Origin: Atractiella rhizophila
Lineage: Eukaryota
Reading direction: 5' to 3'
Length of the DNA stretch: 20,000 bases
NCBI GenBank assembly: GCA_021432655.1
Contig: MU271367.1
Coordinates: forward strand, 61,084 to 81,083
Shown here: positions 11,077 to 20,000 of the stretch, one piece after another
How the letters are laid out: each line of letters opens with the position of its first letter
How positions within the stretch are numbered: position 1 is the stretch's first letter
The notes under the pieces: model-generated
The model's database searches: none
Seen by the model: only the letters and a program-made list of their open reading frames with translations
Told to the model about the DNA's origin: nothing
Translations under genes and position numbers: made by a program

Positions 11077-11515
11077 CTTCTCTCCTGGGGAACTGGTTCC
11101 TTTCCTCATCAAATCACGGATGTATTCGTAGTTCAGAGTTCTTAATCCGTTCTTGGTGTACTATTAATTGGCTGATTCCAAATTCGAAAGAATTAAATGA
11201 TCTCCAATGTGTAGTAAACATATTTCAAGTTCAAACAAACCCAAGGCAAAGTAGTCACGACGTTCATCCGATGTATTGAAAGGTAAAATTCGAATCTCAA
11301 ATGATCGGAAAGAAGGAAGAAATGTGTTTCAAAACCAACAACTAGTTACGACAGAACATCAAAGATATGCAAGAGAAACAAAGGATCGTTCAATCATCAT
11401 TAAAAGCCAATGAGGACGCAAAAATCGGAGTCAAATGAGTGTTTGGTTTTTTGGAATCGCCTCTCCCGAAAGAACGGTAGTTCTGTTGCTTTCAAAGGTA
11501 CGGGGTCTGGTAGGA

Positions 11516-14500
11516 TCATCGAGAGAGTTGGGACCGAGAGCTCACTGAGCCTTTAGGTGACAGACCTCCGTCCCGGAAGAGGAGCTTGCGAGAAGAATCA
11601 TCCGCTGTCTTCTTTCTACTGACTGTTCCTGTTGGTGTCCCTGCATAATGTTTGTTGCAGCACACTCGGACCTATTCGGTGGAGGGTCATGTTAGCTGGA
11701 CTTTGCGCAAGTGTAAGGGGAAACATACATTTTCTATGTCATCGAATCCCCCTTCGTCATCAGAATGGAAATGGTGGTGATGATGATGATGATGGTCCAT
11801 CACCTCCAAATCGTCATCAGGAGAAGAGTATGCCCTCGTTCTCGCACTGGGACTGCCATAATCGGCTTGATTTTGCAAAAACTCAGCCGCCGCGGTATCA
11901 GGACGTTTAAAGTTGCTGGTTGAAATCTTCTGCCTCGCTTTTGGAGTCACGCGGGTGTCAGAGATGGTGTTATACATCTCGCCTTCCGAGGTTACGTATG
12001 GGGAACCGCGAAGCCTCGAAGGAAGAGTTGAAGCTAGCGGAGTCGTGTTCATACTCTTCATCGCCCTCATTGCGGACGGTGACGGTGATGGGGTGTTTGG
12101 CACTTCCGGTCTTGCCAACAGGTATTTAATCGCCTGAAATGACAACTCATCAGATCAGCCGACAGAAAAAGCGAGATCTCACAGTGAACCACATGTCGTG
12201 ACGCTCCCGACTAGGGGCTGTGATTTTCATCTCCCTGTTCTGTGTGGTGATGACGATACTGTGTTGTGACAGGCCAGGAGGGAACGGGTTAGGATCTGTA
12301 ATTTGCCGAACGTTCTCGATATACACTGTGCTGGTGTGAGCTCCACTGTACCACAACACCAACTTGCAAAAGACACACCACTCTTTGCGCTGGATTGAGC
12401 AACATTGTTTCCACCTGGGTCGTTTGATGACCAGTACAGCGACTTGGTATAAGGATGAACCCAGAAGAATCTTCGATGCCTCTTATCCCCTCCCCGTCCC
12501 ATGAACCCTTTGCGCTGGTACTTGTAAAGAAATTCTCCAATCATGGTCTGAGTAATAGCATGGATGATTGTCGGATCCGTAGACCCCCGAAGTGGGAGTC
12601 CTAATGCTCCTTCCCCTGCGCTGGTATGCGATGACGCGATGGATGGGCGCCGTGAGCGATCGCTGTTCATGCTCAGTTCCGACAACGACCTCCCCGAGAC
12701 CTCGTCCTCCTTCTTTTTCCCTGTGAGATTCGCGGAGGCAGCAGAAAGGGAATTGAAGCGATGAGGTCCTTTGACGATGACGCCCGCTTCAGAAGAGCTC
12801 GCATCGCTGCGCATTCCATTTGACCGTAAGCTCCCAGCAGAAGTGTAAGATCTGGGCTGGTTGAATGAGGTAGGGCTCCCTGGACTATGTTTCGAAGCGC
12901 TGGACGGTGCAAGGAGCAAACTATGCTGTGGCGAGTTCATAATAGGTGTCTGAGAGCGCTGTAACAGCTCCGGTGGAGGTGGGGAGCTCGGACGGGGTGG
13001 ACGCACCGGGCTTCCAAGTGTAGACTTGGGAGGAGCAGTGAGATTTATCGGTGGTGGCTCCTTTGGCGGAGGTGGCATTGTGAACGTAGGAGGCTTCGAC
13101 CTGTCGGGCATGGAGCGACGAGGGGTAGACGTTGAGGCGCTCTCCGTCAACGCAGACATGGTGGTGAGCACAGATTCAGGCCGAGCGGAGACGGAAGGAG
13201 AGATTGGACGCTCCCTCTCTCCAACAAACTGTACATAGACGGGACCCGTGGGTAGGAGGCTCTCCCGGTCGTTTGAATCAAATCGATCACGTATTGGCGT
13301 TTCTGCGCGAGAGTCTCTTCCTCCGAAAGTGTTGATCGAATCTCTCTTATTCGTTTCATACATACTAAGCGGTCGAAGGATGAGTTCATCCGTCTGGACT
13401 CCACTCTCCACCGTTTCAACCTTCACTACCGGAACCGCTGATGGGCCTAAACCAACCGCGCTAGTAGCAGCAGGCGTGCCACGCTTGAGTTTCTCCAGGC
13501 TTGGATCGGTGCCCCTTAGAACGGTAAGATCTTCAGTCTCGCTTTCATCAAAGCTATCGCGCCCAGCAGGCATACGGTTGAGGTCAAAGGGCTGCGACCG
13601 ACCAAACGAGATAGAATGCGAAGGTGTATGAAAGCCGACTGATTCCTGAGCATCTTCAAAGCTCTCGACGTCAGAAGTAACACCTCCTCCGTCTACGCTT
13701 TCATCCATTGATAAGCGGGTAGTATAGATGGAATCGCGTCGGTCTCCCACAATAGATTGAGTTGGGGTTGAAGTCCGAGCAGAGTCGAAACTTGCGTAAC
13801 TCGTATTTGAGACTGACGAAGGAAGCTGCACTGGTGCAGGTGGGCGTGGCGTGGACGCGACTAAGGTATCCACGCGCGAGCGAGGAGGTAGAGAGGATGG
13901 GCGAGAAGGGGAAGGCTCGGTTTGTGTCTCTGTCTCCTTCGTAAATTGATTCATGTCCATCTCCGTAGAAGCATGATTAACTTCAACGGGGACTTTGTCC
14001 TCCATCGCACTAGTAGCTGAAATTGCAGGAATAGGCATAGTGAGAGTGCGAGGCGATGGTGGAGGAGTTGTTTGAATGGAAATTTCCTTCAATTCTTTCG
14101 GCGGCGAAGAAGGAACCGTTGATGGTGTCTCGATCACAGCAGGAACGATCTTCTCAACCACTTTCTCGACTATTTTTTCCACTTCGACCACCTTGGGAAC
14201 CTCGACTATCTTCTCCACTATTTTCTCGACCTCTACTACCTTTTCGATCTCGATGATCTTTGGAACTTCAACAATCTTCTCCACTTCAACAGTAACTACC
14301 TTCGGCTCTGGCTCTGGGAAGTCTGTCATCGTTTCTTGATCAACAGTGACAGGTTTGGGAACGTGAGTGACCGCAGAAACCTCAGACTGTGCATCCCCAT
14401 CCCGAATGATAGAGGCAATTGATCGTCCGGACGCAGCAGAAGCAGAAAGGTCGGCACTTTGCCTTCCAATGCCAAACTTGGCCGCAATCTGAGGTGCGGA

Positions 14501-16491
14501 TGATCCATCGTCCTCTTGCCTTGTCCGCAAAAATTCCATGAATGCAGGGTCCATTCCCTCTAAACTGAACCTCGTTTCGCTCCTCATCGATCTCTCCAAA
14601 TCGTCCGTCCCATCCCACTCCTCTTCCCTTTCAATGATCGAATCGTCATCGGCGCCGCCCAGTTCGTCCGCAAAATTCGTTGTTAGGTGTTGATCCTCGT
14701 CCTGTTCATCCTCGAAATCTGGCGTGCTCTCTCTCCTCAGCCCACTCGGCGCAGGTCTGAATCCCCCGCGCTTCCTCCCTCCGCGTCCCCTTCCCCTTCC
14801 CCTCCCTCTCCCGGCTATCTTGGTTGGACTAGACTCAACTTGATCATATTCGTCCTCCCAAGCGCTCCCGTTCGCCACCGGTCTTTCTGACAATTGCTTC
14901 ATGAGGTCCATCTTTGTCTGACTCTCCTTTTTCAAGACGTTACGAAGAGCTAAGAGTTGTTTGTGCGCCTGAGCTAGGGAGGACCTCAGGACGTCAACTG
15001 ATTCCGGCGCTTCCGCTCCGTCTGTGACCTTGAGCACGTCCTCCAGAAGCTGAGTAGCGGCTACATTTTCTGGTATGGGATGTACGACGATAGAAGATGC
15101 CAGCTCAGACTTTTCATCTGGAATGGAAGAAGGAGAATCTGGACCATGGAAGTCGCCGGTTTTTCTCCTCTTCCTCCTCTCGCTCATCAAACCATTGACG
15201 TCCTTTTCATCGTCATCCACCTCTTCCTCCTCTTCATCCATTCCTCCCAACCGCTCAAAATCATGACTTCCATGCGAAGTCACCCTTCCAATCCGGCTCT
15301 TGCTCTTCACCAATTCGCTCTTCGCTGTCTCAAGAGAGTGTTGCAGATCGCTCTTCTCCCTGGCAAGAGTGGCATGATCCCTTCCCCACCGTGCAACATC
15401 GGTCTCGTGCTTCTGTTTGAACTCGTCGAACTGGGTGCGGAGCTTGTCGCTCTCTAGCTTCTGCTGTTCCACGGTTTCTCTCATTGTCGCCAACTGCTTC
15501 GTAAGCCGGGTCCGCTCCTGTTCCGCTTTCTTATGCGAGTCTTGAGCTTCAGCGAGCGAGGATCTGAGTTCTTGAACCTGGACTTCGAGATTCCAATTCT
15601 CCTCTTTGTATTTCTCTGCAATTTACTGTTAATCTAACCAGCCATGGATATCGAGGGACTGAGAGAGGACGAACCGATATTCCCTTCCTGAACTTTATGT
15701 GCCTCCCTCAATTCTTCTAAATCCCCCTCCAACGCTTCCCGTTCGAACCTGTCCTTTGAGATTTGCTCGTCTCTTTCTGACAACAGAGCTTGAAGGCGTC
15801 TGACTTCTCCAAGCAGTGATTGTCCAATTTCGGTAGCAAATTCTATGTCGTTCGCTCGGTGTTGGGCATTGTTCCTGGCTCGTCGAGATGCTGCTGCAGC
15901 ACTGGGGGTAGTAGGTCAAGGTGCGGACCGCAGGGAGTGACCTATAGAGTCGGTTTCAGACGAGTGGATTGAGGGAACAGGAGGGACAGGCGGCGCGCCA
16001 AAGTCGATAGGGGAGGAAACAAGGTCGATCTCTTGACCCTTCATCCGTTCAGTCGCCGAAAGTCACTCTCCCTTTCATGCATCAAGATGAGAAAATAACC
16101 GAACCTGGATTACGCGATCCTCCCCATTACCACCCGCCGAAGACACGCCCAGATCCGCGAAAATCTCGTTGTTGCTCGTCTCCCAATTCCTCACCTCATT
16201 TTCCAACTCCGCCAACCTGTTCCTTGCCTCTTCTCCTACGTCCCCAGTGGCTTCATCGTCGCTCTCTTCTCCGCCTCCCACACCTCTAGCTCTCGAGGAT
16301 GTGGATTGATTGAGTCCTTGGACCTCCTCGAGCTCTCTTATCTTTGCCTCCAATTCAGCCTGCTGACTCAAGAGCCTTTCTCCCAGCCGTCCGGCGAGTT
16401 GAATCTCGTTTGCTTTCTGGACCAACAGAGACTCGAGTTTGGAGAAGAACGCCTGAGGAGACACGGTGGAGGAAGGGGAGTGCGTCTCCAT
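11516..16491 (-). CDS. NUM1: Num1/ApsA/Mcp5-like cortical dynein and mitochondrial anchor (N-terminal coiled coil, C-terminal PH domain)
   Basis: N-terminal KANEIQLAGRLGERLL, HRANDIEFATEIGQSLLGEVRRLQALL and KYKEENWNLE. The C-terminal PH domain has IIHAITQTMIGEFLYKY, RHRRFFWVHPYTKSLYWS and REMKITAPSRERHDMW, followed by a terminal ENVRVCCNKH motif. Stop 11516-11518. The exon structure near 15900 is uncertain (see findings). Confidence 0.88.
11763..11794 (-). repeat. (CAT/CAC)n trinucleotide tract encoding poly-His in the Num1 C-terminus
   Basis: The + strand reads atggtggtgatgatgatgatgatggt, giving HHHHHHHHFH on the - strand. Confidence 0.8.
14144..14299 (-). repeat. Degenerate coding tandem repeat (V/I-E-K/V-P) within Num1
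   Basis: Translates as VVTVEVEKIVEVPKIIEIEKVVEVEKIVEKIVEVPKVVEVEKIVEKVVEKIV. Confidence 0.8.
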
Positions 16492-16770
16492 CGCTGAAGG
16501 TGCGCAGATGTTGGAGGGGTTGGGGCGACGACGCGAAATTGGCGCCTTGTTCTAGCGCTATTTACGTTTACTGAGGATATATGAAATAAGGACCTGCTAG
16601 GCGGGATGATTAGGGGGATATCTGAGGATATGATAAGAAACAGACCGTTTATAGTGGAAGGAAGGAAAGGCGCTTCGTCGTTTTGCCCTCATCAACGCTT
16701 TCCACGCTCGGCAATCAAACTCGAAACTCAGAAACACAATTACTCAACTACCAACTCACAGCCAGAAGCA
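16492..16770. promoter_or_regulatory. Divergent promoter region, NUM1 / STIMATE-like gene (279 bp)
   Basis: Head-to-head start codons at 16491 (-) and 16771 (+). ACGCGAAA at 16531-16538. Confidence 0.55.
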
Positions 16771-17986
16771 ATGGCAGAAGCCCCAGCTAAATGTCGCTTC
16801 ACCTCCGCCACGGGACTCATAGTCCAAGGGATAATGGGCGTACTCGTCATTGGCAGTCTCATTTTTAAGCGGGCAAGGGAGAAGCCACAGCGGCCATGGA
16901 GGATTTGGAGCTTCGATGTCAGTAAGCAGTGCTTAGGACAGGTGCGAGATCCTCTTAGTAGCCGCCGAAACATGCAAATGAGGGTGAAAAGGCCTTTGTG
17001 CATCTTTCCAATTTGCTGCTCTCAGGTGTGCTTGCTTTGCACTCCCTGATTATGATGCTGAGAAACGTTGCAGACCTACTGGCACACGTCCAAGCAGCTT
17101 CTCCCTGCTCTCTCTGTATGCTCCTTACCAATATCTTCTTCCTCCGCTGACTGACAGCTCGTCGGAAGATGTCATGAACATCCTAATCGACACTACCCTT
17201 GGAGTACTCATGTTCGTGCTCCGCTTTGCCTGCTTGATGCATTCCAGCTCCTGAGTCTGAAGACAGAATATGGACCTTCCTCCGCTTCTCCAACTTTATC
17301 CTCACCGAGAAAATGCAGCTGACAGGTTTCGTATCTGGACAATATGGAACGCCTCCACGCATCTCCTGGTGGTTCAAGCAGGTGCGCTAAGCGGCTTTGA
17401 TAGGGGAAACACTTTGACGAGAGAGGGATTAGCTCGTGGTTTACATTCTCGCCATTTGCACCCTGAAGCTAATAGTCACCATGATGCTCGCTTCAGTTCC
17501 TCCTCTCATAGACTTCGGGGATTGGTTGTTAGTATTTTGACTTTCTCCTTACGCTCCTAACGAATTGTCAAACAGTATAGATCTATTCCCCAATGAACAG
17601 TGCGTGTGGGATTGCCCCATAACAAAAGGTTGAACAGGAGATTCCATAGGTTACGTCTGATCGTCGTGCTCTCTCTCGTTCCTCTCACCCTCAACGTCCT
17701 CCAATTTTGGTTCATCGATACAATCATCAAATCTTCATCCCCTGCATTCGGTTTGTCGAATACACCGAAGCTGTATGACGATGCAGATGCGGAAGAGACG
17801 GAGGGATTTCTCAGAAGAGATTCATTAGACGAGGGAGAGGGAGCCGAAAGTCAAAGGCGTTTCAGCGAGAGTGGCAGGTGGAGAGGGAGAAGTGAGGATG
17901 TGTATGCGGACGAAGATGTGGGGAGGGGTGTTAATGGAAAGAGAGGTGATCATTCGTACCCTCCGCCAAGGATCGTTATTTCCTAG
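16771..17986 (+). CDS. STIMATE/TMEM110 family (YPL162C-like) multi-pass vacuolar/ER membrane protein
   Basis: Spliced product: GLIVQGIMGVLVIGSLIFKRAREKPQRPWRIWSFDVSKQ, AFVHLSN, PCSLYVMNILIDTTLG, SGQYGTPPRISWWFKQ, PLTLNVLQFWFIDTIIK. Seven short introns. Confidence 0.88.
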
Positions 17987-18149
17987 CCTTGATGTAAAAC
18001 GTTGAAGCTAGAATACGTGAGCTGGTTCCTTCGTAAGGGAAAGAAGTGCTGGACTGATGCGCCTTCATTGCAGGTGGGTTCTTTCGAGTAGTTTCGTTAG
18101 TATTGTACAACAGCTTCATGTCCGGATTGAGCCATCAGCAGTATACCCT

Positions 18150-20000
18150 ATTACAGTGGACTGCCCCAGTCAGACAGTTTGCAATTGCAACCGATATAAT
18201 CTTCACCGATTTGGGCAGTATCTTGTCTAAATGAAATCAAGATGCCTTAGCTGCTTCAGTTCTTTTTTGTCTACTCAAGTAGCAATGTCACCACCTGTCC
18301 CTTGCAGCGTGAGAGTGAAAGCACGCACTGTTCCAGCTGCTTCTTTCTCTCTTCCATCTCCCTCCTTTCCTGCTCAGCCACTGCGTCACTTTTCAGTTTG
18401 CGCTGTTTCTTCCTTTGTGCAACCAAGTTTTGAACTTCTTCGACGTCTTTGAGTGTGAGCGGAAGAGAAGATGCTGGGCGGAGGATCATGGTCTTATTGG
18501 CAGAAGTTACGTGCGGTATCCAGCAGAGACCTTCACACTCTCTAATGGAGTGTCCAATTATTCTTGCTCAAGTAATTGTTCTGATAACGGAAACGCGGGA
18601 ACTACTTTAGCCGCTTGCGCCAAAGTCGAAGTTGAGGCTCTCTGAAAACAGGGTTTGGTAAGAAATTCAGTCAGTTCCGTCAGTCTGCCACAAGTGACTG
18701 AATGTTCGACAGTCCGATGTCAGCAGTTTTGCAGTTCCGTTTCGGTGTCGGTGCCTGTATCAACGCCCAGCTTAGATTGTACTGCTTGTTCTAGCGCACA
18801 AGTACGAGCAGTGGGCATTTGGAAGTCAGAAGGTATGGTCCCACTGTCACATTTGTGTATTTGAGAGTTTGTGCAACAGAAATACACGGCTGACAACAAA
18901 TGTGTGTTGCGCTGGAAACCGCTAGATTGGTGGGGCAATCTTATGTATATTATTGCCTCGGCATATCCTTCCCTCCCACCATATTCATGCTTTCCATAAA
19001 TCAGTCAAGCTATGGGAGACAATAGATCGCATGACTTACAACGAAACGATGTGCTCGCCTTATAGCATTACGTTGCCGACTTTCATTTTCCAATGAGCAA
19101 ACCACTGTTCCGTCTGCAAGATGCATTTTGGCCGACTTCTCTGATTGAGAATGTATCTTAGCAATGTCTTCACTTTCATATTCAGTTCCCATAACGGACA
19201 TAAGGTAAGACTGAGGTGTGGTCAAGATGCTGCTTTCAAGAGCAGAATCAAACGTCCTAGACCGTGATTTGGAGGAAAAAGTGTTTGTTCTTTCCGTCGG
19301 TTTAGGAGAGGTGTCAATGTGAGGAATGTAGAGCTTGAGAATATTCAGTTGTTTGCGCCGGATCAGGTTATTTGCTATTTCGCCATATGGCAGTCTTCGT
19401 GAACCCAGCTTGTCTTTCTCAGTTCCTAGATTTCGCTCCAAAGGAAGCTGCGTGAAATTCATTGGGCTTCCTAGAATCCTGCTCGAGGGAACAATATGCA
19501 GGAGCTGATGCAGGCTCATTGGAACACAGCAAACCAGAGCAGGGATGTTCGGCATGTAGAGCTCCTCAAATCCAGTGCAAAAGCTCCTCATGAAGGAAGC
19601 TGCACTTTGAAGTTGTGGCAAAGAGGCGGCCTGGATGTTTGTGATGATTTTGACTGCAGGGACAAAGTTCGTCCAATGTTGTTTGAGCTCGATGTGGAAG
19701 CCAACGTCCAGCAATATGGGAATAAAATACCAATGCACCATCCAGGCCACTCGTATATTGAATATCACTTATTGCAGAACTTGTCTAGATTGTGAATGTG
19801 GTTTGAGAAGAGGCAGGACCTCACACCTCTTCCGAGAACTGTGACAACGCCAACAGACCCGACCGAACACAGTTGCGACATGCCCAGCAGATAAGTTGCA
19901 CACCTGAGAGTCGTTGTCGGCCTTGGCCTTCTTTTTTGCCGCTTTGACGGGCGCCGCACGAATCTTTCCAGTATAGTTGCTACATTGCTGTGTCCCGATG
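18150..20000 (-). mobile_element. Degenerate DNA transposon remnant (boundaries approximate, extends past the window end)
   Basis: Contains the transposase pseudogene and fragmentary downstream ORFs. Host-like intact gene structure stops after 17986. No TIR or TSD identified. Confidence 0.55.
18720..19880 (-). pseudogene. Disrupted C-terminal part of a CACTA/EnSpm (tnp2/CMC)-like transposase
   Basis: The motifs FCTGFEELY...C..SLHQLLHIV...ILGSPMNFTQLPLERNLG...SRRLPYGEIANN match my recollection of fungal EnSpm-like transposase C-termini (H-x-L-x-H, F/L-P-x-E-R, PY..N). Upstream, LFSNHIHNLDKFCNK*YSIYEW is broken by a TGA at 19765-19767 and a frameshift near 19748. A 50-nt intron at 18990-19039 joins RFV to HEYGGREGYAEAIIY. 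Confidence 0.7.

Noticed and set aside
11077..11515. AT-rich gap as a possible ncRNA locus
   Set aside because: Consistent with convergent 3' UTRs/terminators of PDK and NUM1. No tRNA, snoRNA or hairpin pattern recognised.
14144..14299. Possible CRISPR-like or non-coding repeat array
   Set aside because: The repeats are degenerate at synonymous positions and in frame within Num1. There are no spacers, and the context is eukaryotic.
1..17986. Idea that the nine genes form a functional cluster
   Set aside because: Their functions are unrelated housekeeping roles (translation, lipid transfer, glycosylation, PDH control, nuclear migration). Proximity is explained by genome compaction.
19810..19870. 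RVCWRCHSSRKRCE on the - strand, resembling half of a Zn2Cys6 cluster
   Set aside because: Only three Cys with no second half, and it lies in an alternative frame of decayed transposon sequence.

Overview
Gene-dense, intron-rich fungal genomic DNA, most likely a basidiomycete, judged from short 41-83 nt GT-AG introns, microexons and the protein signatures. The ORF track is fragmented by introns, so I spliced the genes by hand. Nine host genes are present: an M24 Xaa-Pro peptidase-like gene (-, 3' part outside the window), a glucose-6-phosphate/aldose 1-epimerase (+), an uncharacterised single-membrane-segment protein (-), eIF3d (-), Sec14 (+), OST subunit Swp1/ribophorin II (-), a mitochondrial pyruvate/alpha-ketoacid dehydrogenase kinase (+), a Num1/ApsA-like PH-domain cortical anchor (-) and a STIMATE/YPL162C-like membrane protein (+). 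The last ~1.8 kb is a decayed DNA transposon with a CACTA/EnSpm (tnp2)-like transposase remnant. Eight of the nine genes form four tightly spaced divergent pairs. I see no convincing new multi-gene system. The best leads are an in-frame TGA in the Num1 5' region that only weak-donor introns could remove, and the uncharacterised NLS-TM-PPxY protein with a cell-cycle-like promoter.
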